NCBI GenBank assembly: GCA_963699755.1
Contig: CAVOVB010000001.1
Span: forward strand, 384,001-448,000
DNA length: 64,000 bases
Reading direction: 5' to 3'
Source of the DNA: an uncultured delta proteobacterium
GTDB taxonomy: Bacteria > Myxococcota_A > Polyangia > Polyangiales > Houyiibacteriaceae
Numbering within the stretch: the first letter of the stretch is position 1; every line of letters starts with the position of its first letter. Below are positions 11,146 to 22,044 of this stretch, one piece after another. The position numbers and the translations under genes are program-made. Under the pieces are notes generated by a model. The model saw nothing but the letters and a program-made list of their open reading frames with translations, made no database searches and was not told where the DNA came from.

Positions 11146-11775
11146 ATGGAACCCTTGCCTCGATTCGTCCCGATAGACAGGATGGTTGCTTTCAGCGACG
11201 GCGTGTTTGCGGTTGTCATTACGCTGTTGGTCCTCGGGATCGAGCTGCCCTCCTCCGACGCCGTTCTGACGGGAACTGGGCTCGCGCAGGAGCGCGAAAA
11301 GATCCTCCACCAGCTGCTCATCTACTTTGTCGCGTTTTGGCTGGTCGGGATGTATTGGTCCCAACAAAGTCTCTTTACTGCAGGGCTCAAGCAGATCGAC
11401 CGGGGAACCTTCGTCCTCAATCTCCTGCTTCTCTTGCCCATCACGCTGCTTCCCTTCGTCACCCAGCTCATGGGAACCATGCGCGATGACTGGAGGGCCG
11501 TTCTGAACTTCGCTCTAATCAATGTATTCGCGACGCTCGTGATCGAGCGCATGTGGAACCGCATCGCGTCTCTCCCCGAAACTCAAAAGAGCCCGCAGAC
11601 AGCGACGCTCGCTGCGAGGATGCGGGTGGAGGTCCGCGCTCACGCGGCTGTGATGGTCCTCGGTGTTCTCGTCGCGCTACTCGACGTTAGGGCAGGCACG
11701 TTACTATTCATTCTGATTCCGTTCGCCCACTTCTACAATTTCCTCCGCGATCCGTTTCGCTCTCGCGTGGGCTAG
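11146..11775 (+). CDS. TMEM175 (DUF1211) family potassium channel-like protein
   Basis: RMVAFSDGVFAVVITLLVL signature; GGAGG RBS before ATG 11146. Confidence 0.88.
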   Translation: MEPLPRFVPIDRMVAFSDGVFAVVITLLVLGIELPSSDAVLTGTGLAQEREKILHQLLIYFVAFWLVGMYWSQQSLFTAGLKQIDRGTFVLNLLLLLPITLLPFVTQLMGTMRDDWRAVLNFALINVFATLVIERMWNRIASLPETQKSPQTATLAARMRVEVRAHAAVMVLGVLVALLDVRAGTLLFILIPFAHFYNFLRDPFRSRVG

Positions 11776-11784
11776 GGCCCCCGA

Positions 11785-13431
11785 TTACTGCACCAGTTTG
11801 AGTTCGCTCGGGCGCCAGCTCTTCGTGAAGAACGATTCGAGCGGGCTGTAGAGGCGCAGGAGCATGAACCAGCCTTTTTCCGGCAGGGTTTGAATCCAGT
11901 TGCCGCGATCGACGCCATCGGGTTGCTTCGGCCCGATGTAGACGGTCGTCGAGCCGTCCTCGTTCGATTCGGCCGCGGGCGAAGGATAGGCTTGGCTACC
12001 CGCGCGGGGGTACTTTTGAGGCGTCTGAAGCATCGAGCGAGTCTGGTTGTCGTAGAGAGTGATCGACCAGAATTTGGCTGCGGGAATGCCCTTGGGCAGT
12101 GTCACCTCGTAGGTCTTCGCCCCATCGAACGGGTCGCCGTTCTCATCGAGGAAGCTCATCAAGTACTGCGATCCGACCTTGGGAACCTGCATGATCATGC
12201 CGGGCGAATCGAGTGTGTATGCGTAGTAGAACGCCGTGCGTGAGTCGAGCGTGCGCGCGCCGGTGGGGGGGTACGGTTTGAACATCCCCCCTTCGAACGC
12301 CGGAGGCGGCGTCTCGAAAAATGCCCCACCTTCGAAAAGCATGTTGAACCACTGCGAGTCAGGATAGTACGCCCACTCGGGATGGACCTGTGCGGATCGC
12401 CAGTTGAGCGCACGGCCAAAGGCGCTTCCGACCGCGGCCGCATCGCTCAGGATCTTCTTCATTCTGTCGTCGGGGGCGAACTCCTTGCCCTTGACGATCC
12501 CGATCGCAGCGAGCTGGCCGGCAAGCTCCGTGTCGTAGCTGCTGGCCGGCTCTGCCTGTACGTTGGCGTCAATCATCTCGAACAGACCGTAGCCGCTCGG
12601 CGGAATCGTGTTGAACGAGAGCCCGCTGCCTTCGATGAACTTCATCTCGGGAACCTCCGGATTGTTGGCCAACGCTACTTTCCCTTCGAGTGCGGTGGCG
12701 ATGCTCGTGCCGTAACCGCCGGGCGTGTAGGGGTAAACTTTCATGTGGCGCTTGATCACGTCCACGGTCGGCTTCGGGTCGTTGTCCGTGAGGAAGGCGC
12801 GCGCCGCGTAGAGTATGTGATTGGTCTTTGAGTGCGCGACGAAGAAACCGTCGTCGGGCAGTGGCCCGTCGTAGCCAGGGGGCACAATCAGGTACTTGCC
12901 GCCATGGCCTCGGTCGGGCCCGGGGGCGCCGATGTCGATGATCCACGAAAACCACATGTCGTTGATGGTGCCGAGCCCTTGCGGCGGCTGCTCGATGACC
13001 ATGGGGCCGTTCGAGAGATCGACGCTCGCCAGGTAGTAGACCGTGTCCGCGTTTCCAGTGAGAAACAAAGAATTGGAGTCCATGAGCTCGGAGAAGATGA
13101 CGACGTCCCCGTCCCTCGCACCGATGCTTTGGAAGCCTTGCCTAATCGCATACGCAGATGCCCCGCGGAAGGTGTTGTTGTAGACGTTGAGGGCGCGGGT
13201 GAAATCAATGGTGTCGTATACCGTTGCAGCAGTGTCTGCGGTCGGTACACCGTCCTGTAGCTCCAGCGTACCGATGCGCGTTTCCACGCTGTTGGGCGTG
13301 CCAAGCGACGAGGGCGTGGCAACCGCCAGCTTCGGGGTCTGCGCGGCGGGCGTCGGAGGCGGGGTAGCGTCTTGGCAACCGGCCAAGGCAAGAATCGCAA
13401 GTGCCATCGAGAAGCTGCTTCGCATCGTCAT
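11785..13431 (-). CDS. DUF1254/DUF1214 domain lipoprotein
   Basis: Lipobox LAGC; LTGNADTVY, GGKYLIVPPGY, FWSITLYD, LRLYSP motifs. Confidence 0.88.
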   Translation of the reverse strand: MTMRSSFSMALAILALAGCQDATPPPTPAAQTPKLAVATPSSLGTPNSVETRIGTLELQDGVPTADTAATVYDTIDFTRALNVYNNTFRGASAYAIRQGFQSIGARDGDVVIFSELMDSNSLFLTGNADTVYYLASVDLSNGPMVIEQPPQGLGTINDMWFSWIIDIGAPGPDRGHGGKYLIVPPGYDGPLPDDGFFVAHSKTNHILYAARAFLTDNDPKPTVDVIKRHMKVYPYTPGGYGTSIATALEGKVALANNPEVPEMKFIEGSGLSFNTIPPSGYGLFEMIDANVQAEPASSYDTELAGQLAAIGIVKGKEFAPDDRMKKILSDAAAVGSAFGRALNWRSAQVHPEWAYYPDSQWFNMLFEGGAFFETPPPAFEGGMFKPYPPTGARTLDSRTAFYYAYTLDSPGMIMQVPKVGSQYLMSFLDENGDPFDGAKTYEVTLPKGIPAAKFWSITLYDNQTRSMLQTPQKYPRAGSQAYPSPAAESNEDGSTTVYIGPKQPDGVDRGNWIQTLPEKGWFMLLRLYSPLESFFTKSWRPSELKLVQ

Positions 13432-13561
13432 CGTTTGGAGGGTCCTTTCGTCCACTGGCTCGCTGAAGCAGTTCGATCTCGCGCGTTTGCCATCTCTTGT
13501 CAAAGAACGATTCGAGTCGTTGGAGCCGCAGGGTCTAGGCGAGCGCTTGGCTTCGCGTCCC

Positions 13562-13900
13562 TCAACTCCCGCGAATCGCCCGCGATGTCACCCCGCACCA
13601 GCGCTTGCAGGCCCGACTGAAGTTCGACGTATCCCGATACCCAAGCCGCTCCGCAATCGCCTCTACCGACATGTCAGTTTGCCGGAGGTACCAAACAGCG
13701 AGCTCCTGTCGCACGTCGTCGAGGAGCATCTGATGCGAGGTTCCCTGCGCTTTGAGCTTTCGGTTAAGCGTGCGTTCCGACATATGGAGCGTCCTGGCCA
13801 TCTTTCTCAGGCTTGGATACTCGCCTTCTCGGTCGAGCAAATGGTCGAGCTCCTTCTGCGCGCCATCGCGTAGCCGAGCGGACCGTACGACGGAATCTGC
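13562..13900 (-). pseudogene. AraC-family regulator, C-terminal HTH fragment
   Basis: MSERTLNRKLKAQGTS...AIAERLGYRDTSNFSRACKRW; N-terminal domain not recognisable. Confidence 0.75.
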
Positions 13901-14087
13901 GTCGAGCGTCTGACATCGAGCCCTAGCCAAGGTTCTTGCGAATGCGCCCTGCACGCAGACTGAGGCAGCCGCGCGTGTCGTGGCCCCGGCTTGTTCGAGT
14001 GCGTGCCCGTCTTCGAGTCCATATCGCACGCAAAGCGCCGCACGTCGCTTGGGCCGGAAACAGCGTATGAACGGGCTTCGGGGCGGG

Positions 14088-14189
14088 CCTAGCAGAAGCA
14101 AAGGCCCTGTCGGCACGGTGGCTGGCACGACACAATATCTGGCTACCGCGCAATTCGGCCCTCCGCATGAGCCTGACCGGCTAAGAGGC
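14088..14189 (+). repeat. Dispersed repeat copy C
   Basis: CCTAGCAGAAGCAAAGGCCC ... GCACGACACAA-TATCTGGC-TACCGCGCAATTCGGCCCTCCGCATGAGCCTGACCGGCTAAGAGG. Confidence 0.75.
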
Positions 14190-14924
14190 ATGATCTCCAC
14201 GAGACTTCGCTGGGTCTTGGACGCATGCGCGTCGAGGACTCGCCGGCGCTCGCCCTCGTAGCAAGAGAAGACCTCCTCCGCCGACTCAGAGGATCGCGCC
14301 CCCGCCACGAGACTGGCCCTGAGAAAGCGGCGCCGAGAGAGAAAGCTGAGGAGTTATCAATCCAAAACGTCGAATCGATTCTCCGCGCGTAGGCGATGCG
14401 CGCTGCAGAAGTTGGGCGGGTGCGTGTGCTGGGCTCGCGATGAAACGGGCAACCGACCTTCGTCTAACCCCAACCCTGGCACTTGCCGCGTTCACGATGC
14501 CGGGAGTGCTCAGCGAATACGACGGGCTCGACGGAGGACGCGCCGCGCTAAACCTGCGCTTCGAAGAGATGTTCGGCGAGGCCGGGTACGAAAGTCCTGA
14601 CCTGGGGCGACGCCGGCAAGAAACGCTCGTTTTCCACCGAGCGTATGGAGGCGCCCTCCGAGCCGAAGGAGCTTCGTCGCTTGCATACGACACCATGCTC
14701 GAGCGCGGCAGGATCGCGGTGGACACCAAAGCGCATCGCGCCGAGTGGGAGGCCGTGGATCGACAAGTCCGCGATCGGCTTGCCGGACGGATCTATCCGA
14801 AGCGCTTACTCGACTCCATGATCGCGGCGGTGGGAAAGCCGGAATAGCAAACCGGAACGAAGAGATCTGGTGGCCCCGCAGATCTTCGCTGAGTCTCCTC
14901 CGGAAAGCGGCATCCCGGACTACC

Positions 14925-16802
14925 TCAGATAGGTTTCCTACGGGACGCTGGTTCCTTGCTGCGCACGAACCCCGCCTGCTGCAGTCGCTCGTGCGCCTCT
15001 TCCTGCCGGGCCTGATCGACGAGAACCGCCACTCCGTCCTTGCGCCGAAATCGAGTTCGGGTTCCCACGGTGATCCTCCGCTTGCATCTTCGCCGGACCA
15101 TCGGCAGGTACGCGGGACGACTCTCACCCTCGGTAAAGATCCCCCTGGGCCTCCATGCGCGGCAAGACCACCACTCGACTTCCGCCTCACCGCGATCGAT
15201 CCGCTGACTCCAATGAGTCACATCGGTCGCTCCACCGAAAAGCACCTCTGCGTCCTTTGTTTCCAAGATCTCCGGCGTGACTCCGCTCGACCAAGTATCG
15301 ATCGCGACGACGCAGCGCTGCTCCTTGGCCTCTTGGTGGACTTCGTTGACGAACAAGAGATTGACCTCGGGGCTCTCGGTGATGGCCACGGCGCCGGTGC
15401 GAAGCGCGACTTCGGCACGCAGCAAGAGCCGAGTTTCGAGAGCATTGCCGAGCAGCACCCTGATCCCGAGCACCTCCGCGCGCTGCACTCGATGCGGGTC
15501 CTCGTCGAGGCAGACGACCTCCTGTCTTGGGGTTTGCAAGAGCTGTGCGAGTGCGAGCGCAAGCTCGTTCGTCCCCAGGATCACCCAGCCGGCGTCTGAA
15601 CGTCGGCGCAGATCGAGCAGTTGAGCGATCGGCCCTCCGCTGAGACCCGACCAGATGACGGTAGCGGCGATCGTTGCGAAAACAAGCGCTTGCAGCTGCG
15701 CGCCTCCAGCCATCCCCTCGCTCTCCAGCCGAATCGCGAACAAGGACGCGACCGCGGCCGCGACGATACCTCGGGGTGCGATCCATGCGATGAGGACTCG
15801 CTCTCGCCACGACAGCGTGGTGCCGAGCGAGCACACGAGCACCTCGATCGGACGAACAAGAACGACGAGCGCGATCACGGTCAGCGCACCTGCCCAACCG
15901 AGCGCGATGATGTCGTCCACCCGAGTGTTCGCTGCAAGCAGGATGAAGACCATTCCGATGAGCAGCACGGTCAGCTGCTCTTTGAATTCGACCAAGTCGC
16001 GGCTCTTCCGGATCGGGGAGTTCGCTAGGACCATACCGGTGATGGTGGCTGCGGCAAGGCCGCTCTCGTGCACCACCGAATTGGCGAGCTCGTAGACCAG
16101 GACCGCGATCGAGAGCGTCAAGACCTTCTGATAAGCCTCCGGAATCACACCCCGGAATCGAAGCAAGCCCGCGAGCACGCCGCCAGCGATCAGCCCTGCC
16201 ACAATGCCAAAGCCGAGCCGCAAGGCGATCTGAGGCGCTGCCAGGATGAGGCTCTCGTCCGAAGGCCGGAGCACGGCCTCGAGAACGACTGCCGCCGTAA
16301 TCGCACCGATGGCGTCGATCAGGACGCCCTCGGCCTCGAGAACGGTCGCGACTGCACCCCGGATGCGCAAGCGCCTAAGAAGCGGGGTCACCACGGTGGG
16401 CCCGGTCACGATCACCAAGGCGCCAAACAAAGAAGCGAGACGCCAGTCCCAGCCGAGCAAGCTGTGGGCCGCAACCGCTCCGCCGATCGCGGTGAACGCC
16501 GCACCCAACGTGACGAGGCGCCGAATGACGACTTGCTCTCGCCGTAGTCTGCGCAACTCGAGCTGCAGCCCACCTTCGAGCAGAATGATCGCAACGCCCA
16601 TGCCGACGAGCGTGTGTAGCGAGGAACCCAGCGACTCTGGATCGACGATACCCGCGACCTCGGGCCCTAGCAGCACCCCGACGGCGAGGAGCAAGACGAT
16701 GCTCGGTATCCGGAGATGGTACGCAACCGATTGAGTCACCATGCCCCCGGCAAGCGCAATCGCCACGGTAAGCGCAGGGTTGTGCATGAGATCGAAGTCC
16801 AT
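14925..16802 (-). CDS. CPA1/NhaP-type cation:proton antiporter with TrkA-N domain
   Basis: LLAVGVLLGPE, VTGPTVV, EAEGVLID, APRGIVAAAVAS; C-terminal VILGTNE Rossmann-like domain. Confidence 0.88.
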   Translation of the reverse strand: MDFDLMHNPALTVAIALAGGMVTQSVAYHLRIPSIVLLLAVGVLLGPEVAGIVDPESLGSSLHTLVGMGVAIILLEGGLQLELRRLRREQVVIRRLVTLGAAFTAIGGAVAAHSLLGWDWRLASLFGALVIVTGPTVVTPLLRRLRIRGAVATVLEAEGVLIDAIGAITAAVVLEAVLRPSDESLILAAPQIALRLGFGIVAGLIAGGVLAGLLRFRGVIPEAYQKVLTLSIAVLVYELANSVVHESGLAAATITGMVLANSPIRKSRDLVEFKEQLTVLLIGMVFILLAANTRVDDIIALGWAGALTVIALVVLVRPIEVLVCSLGTTLSWRERVLIAWIAPRGIVAAAVASLFAIRLESEGMAGGAQLQALVFATIAATVIWSGLSGGPIAQLLDLRRRSDAGWVILGTNELALALAQLLQTPRQEVVCLDEDPHRVQRAEVLGIRVLLGNALETRLLLRAEVALRTGAVAITESPEVNLLFVNEVHQEAKEQRCVVAIDTWSSGVTPEILETKDAEVLFGGATDVTHWSQRIDRGEAEVEWWSCRAWRPRGIFTEGESRPAYLPMVRRRCKRRITVGTRTRFRRKDGVAVLVDQARQEEAHERLQQAGFVRSKEPASRRKPI

Positions 16803-16879
16803 CGGAAAGCCCTCGCGCAGAACGCGCGAGCGTAGCACGCTGCGACCCTCCGAGCGACGGCTCACCCGAAGCTCGGCTG

Positions 16880-17250
16880 GGATCGGCCAAGCCTTGGCCG
16901 TCGACTTGTTGCGCGGCGCTCAGCAAGTGCTTGCCGCCGCGAATCGGAATCGACTCACTCGGACCGATCAGGTCCGCCTGGATGTGCGAAGCGCCGTTCC
17001 CGTCGATGCGATCGTGGAGCCAGATCCCCTTGGGGATGAGCTTGTCGAGGCAGCTCACGACGTCTTTGCCAATGTTGGGGTCGTCGTTCTCTTGGATCAT
17101 CAAAGCCGCGGTCGCGCCGTGGGCGCAGAGCGCGCAGAGCCCGCTCTAGACTCCAGACGCGCGAACGAGTTGCTGAGCTTCGCGGGCGAAGTCGACGAGC
17201 TCGCGCTCACTGGTCGTCGAAAGCGTGATCGTATCGGTGAAGAGCTTCAT
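16880..17250 (-). pseudogene. yjbQ: YjbQ/UPF0047 family, in-frame TAG and damaged C-terminus
   Basis: MKLFTDTITL...SGV*SGLCALCAHGATAALMIQENDDPN...HDRIDGNGASHI; TWQ..EFDGPR tail missing. Confidence 0.75.
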
Positions 17251-17259
17251 CGTAGGCTT

Positions 17260-19209
17260 TTAGCTTCGCAACAAGTCGGTTGCCACCGAGACGAAACGCC
17301 CGGGCAGGGAATGCACATCGGGGAGCAGCATCCAGCCGTGCAACCCGAACATCTGCGTCAGGTACGGCTCGCCTTTGTCTCGTACGGCGAGCGTGAGGCA
17401 ATGAGCGCCCAGCTCCCCGGCCTCTCGAAGCGCCTGGCGCACGTCTTCGACGCCGTAGTGACCCTCGTAGTGATCGTAGTCCGTTGGCTTGGCATCGGTG
17501 AGCAGCAAGATGAGGCGACGGCGCGCCCCACTGCGGCCGAGCACCTCGAGGGCATGCCGAACGGCCGGACCAATGCGCGTGTAACCCACCGGCGCGATCC
17601 CGTGCAACCGTTGCAACCCCAAACGCGTGCTGTCTTGGAACCCTTTGACAAGCAAGAATCGGCAGTCGCGCCTCGTGTTGCTGTAGAACGCGCCGATCGC
17701 AAGCTTGGCGGAGGTAGGCTCGAATGCCTCGGCGAGCACCTGTGTGGAATCGCGGACGACGTCGAAAATCCGTTTGCCCGAGACCCAGGAATCGCTCGAG
17801 AGACTTGCGTCGACCAAGATCAGCATGGCGAGCTCGGAGTCGTGCACCTTTCTGCGGAAGTAGATTCGCGGATCCGGATTCCGGCCCGCCAAGAGCGTCG
17901 CCTGCCGATCGACGAGCGCGTCGATGTCGACTTCGCTGCCGTCGAGCTGACGGTTGCGCCAGCGGCGCTCGAGCTCGAGACGTTTGAGCTCCGCTTGAAG
18001 ACGTAGCACCTCCCCGTGCAGTCGCCGGCTCGCTGCAGCAACACTGGAGAATGAACCGCTTGGTGGTGAGGCTTGCTCGTTGACCGTGCACCAGTCGTCA
18101 CGATACTCGCGTCGCTTGAAATTCCATTCGGGATACCGATGGGCGCGACTCGACGGCGGCTCTTCGTGTAGGTCGGCGGTATGCAAGCCGGCCTGTAGAT
18201 CCGCGCGGTAGACCGATTCGGCCGTCTCCGAGCTTCGCGTGAGCTTGCTCAGCTCCAGCTCGCCGAGCGCCTCCTCGTGTTCGGCGAGCTGATCGGAGCC
18301 ATCGAGCTGCTTGCGTCCGCTCTGATACTCGGTGGCGGTGTGCACCTTCTCGAAGGAATGAACCAGAGGATTGTCTCTGTCTTTCTGAGATTCGAGGTCG
18401 ACGTACTCGACCTCGCTGGGCCGGCCCCGCATCTTTCTTTCGGTGCCGCTCGGTAAGTTGCTGTGAGGGTCCTCTGGAGGCTCGAGGGAAGCATTCCAGG
18501 GCCTGGAATGCGGCAGTAGGAGTCCCCAGGGTGATCGATAGTCATCCTGGGCTCTTCTTTTCGAGAGCTCTTGGAGGCGGCGCTCGAAGTCGGACGACGC
18601 TTGGGAAAGACTCCGTTGGTCGTGTTGAGCTCTTGTCGCATCCACGAGATCCCGCTCTACGACATGCGCTGCGGAGTCGTCCTCCAACGGCTCCGGGTCG
18701 CGGCGCAAGATGGTTCGACACGCATTCGAGAAGCAACGGCTCGCAGCGGTCCGGTCATCGAACGGGAACTGACTGCCGACAGTCTCCGCAGCACGATCGA
18801 CGAGCGACTCGGCCCCGGGATAGCGAGCCTCGATATCTTCGTGGATCCTTGGAATCGCGATCAGCATGGCCAAGGTGCGCCTCTGACTCGACCAGTCTCC
18901 GTCGGCAACGAACCCGAGCTCCGACGCGGTTACCCCGATGACGACACGGTAGAGATAAAAGGAGGCCTGCTCCTCTGGGTCCGCAATCCAGGCGACGCTC
19001 TCGGGTAAGACGAGCCTTTCGGGCCCGGCGCCGCCCATGGCTTTGCCAGAAACGACCTCCCACTTCGCGCCAGTGAGCAGATTGCTCAAGGTCTCGAAGC
19101 GAGCTCTTAGGGACTCGAGCGGAGGCTCGACCTCGGCAGCGGAGCTCTTGCCCGCGACTCGCCGAAACGACCGGTAAAGCCAGGCAAACGCTCGCTGATC
19201 CCATTCCAT
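17260..19209 (-). CDS. norD: Nitric oxide reductase activation protein NorD (vWA)
   Basis: YPEWNF, MIDAS DASLSS, GYTRIGPAVRHA, LLTDAKPTDYDHYEG; follows norQ. Confidence 0.9.
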   Translation of the reverse strand: MEWDQRAFAWLYRSFRRVAGKSSAAEVEPPLESLRARFETLSNLLTGAKWEVVSGKAMGGAGPERLVLPESVAWIADPEEQASFYLYRVVIGVTASELGFVADGDWSSQRRTLAMLIAIPRIHEDIEARYPGAESLVDRAAETVGSQFPFDDRTAASRCFSNACRTILRRDPEPLEDDSAAHVVERDLVDATRAQHDQRSLSQASSDFERRLQELSKRRAQDDYRSPWGLLLPHSRPWNASLEPPEDPHSNLPSGTERKMRGRPSEVEYVDLESQKDRDNPLVHSFEKVHTATEYQSGRKQLDGSDQLAEHEEALGELELSKLTRSSETAESVYRADLQAGLHTADLHEEPPSSRAHRYPEWNFKRREYRDDWCTVNEQASPPSGSFSSVAAASRRLHGEVLRLQAELKRLELERRWRNRQLDGSEVDIDALVDRQATLLAGRNPDPRIYFRRKVHDSELAMLILVDASLSSDSWVSGKRIFDVVRDSTQVLAEAFEPTSAKLAIGAFYSNTRRDCRFLLVKGFQDSTRLGLQRLHGIAPVGYTRIGPAVRHALEVLGRSGARRRLILLLTDAKPTDYDHYEGHYGVEDVRQALREAGELGAHCLTLAVRDKGEPYLTQMFGLHGWMLLPDVHSLPGRFVSVATDLLRS

Positions 19210-19988
19210 CAGAACATCAGATTGGCCAGATCCTGCAAGGCTTCCAACTGCGTACGATCATCGGTGATCGGTTGTACGACCGCCGCGTTGCAGGCAACTC
19301 GGGGCGCGACCCCGCTCGCGATCAGCTTTCCGGCCGTCACGAGAAGTCGAGTTGAGACCGTCTCGGCGAGCTGGAGCTCCTCCATGGTGCGTACCTTGCT
19401 CGCAAACTCCACGAGTCGCTTCGCCGTGCCGTTCTCCAGCTCGGCTTCGTGCGCCACGATTTCGGTTTCGACTTTGGCTTCAGGATAGGAGAACCGGTGC
19501 ACCACGAAGCGCTGCCGGGTGGACGGCCGGAGCTCTTTGAAGCCACGCGCATAGCCCGGATTGAAGCTAGCGACGACCATGAACGTGTCGGGCGCAATCA
19601 GGGTTTCGTCCAGCCGGTCGATGTAGAGCTCGCGTCGATGGTCGGTCAGCGAATGAAGGACCACGATGACGTCTTCACGCGCCTCGATGATCTCGTCGAG
19701 GTAGAGAATGGCGCCCGCTCGCACCGCTCGGGTCACGGGGCCATCCTGCCAAATCGTCTCGGCGCCCCTGATCAAAAAACGCCCAACCAGATCGATCGAC
19801 GAGGTTTCGTCGTGGCAGGCCACTGTAATCAGGGGCAAGTCGAGTTGCGCCGCCATCGCCTCGACGAACCGCGTCTTGCCGCAGCCGGTGGGTCCGGCGA
19901 GCAAGAGCGGTAGCCTTTGCCGATGGGCGTGCTCGAACAGCTCGACCTCTCGGCCGACCGAGCGATACCAGGGTGGGGTCCCGCTCAT
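19209..19988 (-). CDS. norQ: NorQ/CbbQ AAA+ ATPase
   Basis: GPTGCGKTRFVE Walker A; YLDEIIEAREDV; ASFNPGY; LRPSTRQRF; STRLL. Confidence 0.95.
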   Translation of the reverse strand: MSGTPPWYRSVGREVELFEHAHRQRLPLLLAGPTGCGKTRFVEAMAAQLDLPLITVACHDETSSIDLVGRFLIRGAETIWQDGPVTRAVRAGAILYLDEIIEAREDVIVVLHSLTDHRRELYIDRLDETLIAPDTFMVVASFNPGYARGFKELRPSTRQRFVVHRFSYPEAKVETEIVAHEAELENGTAKRLVEFASKVRTMEELQLAETVSTRLLVTAGKLIASGVAPRVACNAAVVQPITDDRTQLEALQDLANLMF

Positions 19989-21352
19989 TGCGCCGGAGCC
20001 ACTGCCCTGGTGCCCGTGGGAATCGGCTCCTCAACGTCACCTACGGGCCAGCCATGGCGAATGAAGTTGTAAATGAATGCGAGGATGCCCGACGTGAAGA
20101 GCGTCGCCGCAAGGATGAGCCCGATGAAATGGACCTGCAGCTCCCGCTGAACGTCGAGGAACTCCATCCCCGCGCGACGCTCTAGGTAGACCTGGGCGAC
20201 GCCGGCAATGCCGAACGCAACCGTCATGGCGGTCATGCCGATGTTGGTCGACCAAAACGCATAGATCGCGCTCGGCGTATCGAAGAGCTTGCGACCGGTT
20301 AGTTGCGGCATCGCGTAGCTGATGATCGCCAGGACTAACATCGCGTAAGCGCCCCAAAAAGCCATGTGACCGTGCATCGCGGTCACCAGAGTGCCATGCG
20401 TGTACAGGTTCACCTGCGGAAGTGTATGTGCAATGCCGAGGAAGCCAGCTCCGACAAACGACATGACACAGGTACCCACCGTCCAGAACAAAGCGATTCG
20501 ATTCGGATGGTTTCGACCGCCCTTTCGCGCGAGCGCGAGGCCGTAGATCGCCATGCCCAAGAAGGCGAGCGGCTCGAGCGCGCTGAAGATGCCGCCGATC
20601 CAGAGCCAGTAGTTCGGCGTGCCGATGAAGTAGTAGTGGTGGCCCGTGCCGAGTATGCCGGACAGGAACGTGAAGCCGACGATGACATAGAGCCACTTCT
20701 CGACGATCTCGCGGTCGACGCCGGTGAGCCGGATCAACAGATACGCGAGAATGCCGCCCATGATGAGCTCCCAGACGCCCTCGACCCAGAGGTGGACGAC
20801 CCACCAGCGCCAGAACGCATCGTGTGTCTGATGATCGGTCGGGATCATGCCCGGCAGGTAGAGGACTGCTGCCATCAGGAGGCCGAAGAAGAGCACGATC
20901 GAGGTCGTGGTCATCTTGGGAGCCTTCCAAATCGTCATGCCAATGTTGGCGACGAACAAGAGCACGTCGACGACGACGAGGTAGTCGAGAGGACGCGGAA
21001 TTTCGAGGAACTTGCGCCCTTCCCACCAGTTGAAGTGGAAACCGAAGATCGCCGTGACGCCGACAATCACGAACGCAATCAATTGTACGTACGCGAGCTT
21101 GGGCCAGTAGAGAGGCCGCTCACATTCATCCGGAATGATGTAATACGCGGCGCCCATGAAGCCCGCCAAGAGCCACATCACCAAAAGGTTGTTGTGCGAC
21201 GCGCGCGCGACGTTGAAGGGCACCCAGGGATGCAGCCCGTCCAAGCCGACGTGCGCAAACGCCATGATGAACCCGTACACCAGCTGCAGGCCCAGCAAGA
21301 GCATGCAGGTCGCGAAAAACCAGTACGCTACTTTTTGTGATTCGTACTTCAT
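19985..21352 (-). CDS. norB: cNOR large subunit NorB
   Basis: RWWVVHLWVEGVWE, GTGHHYY, MHGHMAFWGAY, GRKFLE. Confidence 0.95.
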   Translation of the reverse strand: MKYESQKVAYWFFATCMLLLGLQLVYGFIMAFAHVGLDGLHPWVPFNVARASHNNLLVMWLLAGFMGAAYYIIPDECERPLYWPKLAYVQLIAFVIVGVTAIFGFHFNWWEGRKFLEIPRPLDYLVVVDVLLFVANIGMTIWKAPKMTTTSIVLFFGLLMAAVLYLPGMIPTDHQTHDAFWRWWVVHLWVEGVWELIMGGILAYLLIRLTGVDREIVEKWLYVIVGFTFLSGILGTGHHYYFIGTPNYWLWIGGIFSALEPLAFLGMAIYGLALARKGGRNHPNRIALFWTVGTCVMSFVGAGFLGIAHTLPQVNLYTHGTLVTAMHGHMAFWGAYAMLVLAIISYAMPQLTGRKLFDTPSAIYAFWSTNIGMTAMTVAFGIAGVAQVYLERRAGMEFLDVQRELQVHFIGLILAATLFTSGILAFIYNFIRHGWPVGDVEEPIPTGTRAVAPAQ

Positions 21353-22044
21353 AGCCCGCCCTCGCGTTGCTTGGAGAGAAAGATGACCACTTCATTGCGT
21401 TGCTGCTCGGTGAGCCCGAGCGTCGGCATGGTGGTGCCGGGCTTCACGGCCTGGGGGTCGGTGATCCACCTCATCAGGTAGCCTCGATCGAAGCGGTCAC
21501 CCACGAAGTCGAGTGCCGGTCCAATGGCGCCGCCAACCCCGCCCAGGGAGTGGCACGCAGTGCAAACCTGAGAAAAGATCTCCGGTCGCTCGCCGCCAGG
21601 GATCGGAATGGGCGCCGCGCCCGCCAAACCGATCGTGGGTTTCGGAGGAAAGCCGTTGAGGTCCATTCGGCCGATCCACTCGAAGAATGCGTTCATGTCG
21701 TCGATCTGGGCTTCGCTGAAGTCGTACTTCACCATCCGACGCTGCCCGGGATAGACCGCCTCGGGGTCCCGGAGCATCTGAGCGATGAAGGCTGGCCCGC
21801 GACGCTCGTAGACACGCGTCAGCTCGGGCGCGTAGTACGCCCCCTCGCCGAGTAGCGTGTGACAGCCCATGCAGTTGTTGTCCTCCCAGAGCTGCTTGCC
21901 TCGTGCGACCGATTCGGTCAGCTCGCTCGAGTTGGTCTGAGCTGGGATGCGTTGGAACGTGTCGACCGTGAGCCAAATGAAAACCGCACTGAAAAGTAAC
22001 GTTCCAGACAAAAAGAACGCGCGCGCCGCAGACTTCGACAGCAT
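21349..22044 (-). CDS. norC: cNOR small subunit NorC with extra C-terminal cytochrome c domain
   Basis: LSKSAAR...CMGCHTLLGEGAYYAPEL plus second CTACH...PGTTMP; GGAGG RBS. Confidence 0.92.
   Translation of the reverse strand: MLSKSAARAFFLSGTLLFSAVFIWLTVDTFQRIPAQTNSSELTESVARGKQLWEDNNCMGCHTLLGEGAYYAPELTRVYERRGPAFIAQMLRDPEAVYPGQRRMVKYDFSEAQIDDMNAFFEWIGRMDLNGFPPKPTIGLAGAAPIPIPGGERPEIFSQVCTACHSLGGVGGAIGPALDFVGDRFDRGYLMRWITDPQAVKPGTTMPTLGLTEQQRNEVVIFLSKQREGGL

Noticed and set aside
14440..14847. 135-aa ORF, tail resembling a TRAP solute-binding C-terminus
   Set aside because: Looks chimeric; similarity too weak to call.
17146..17148. In-frame TAG in yjbQ as pyrrolysine or readthrough
   Set aside because: The gene also lacks its C-terminal motif, so pseudogenisation is simpler.
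19209..19988. CbbQ/CbbO RuBisCO activase reading of the AAA+/vWA pair
   Set aside because: Overlaps norB and no RuBisCO is present, so NorQ/NorD.
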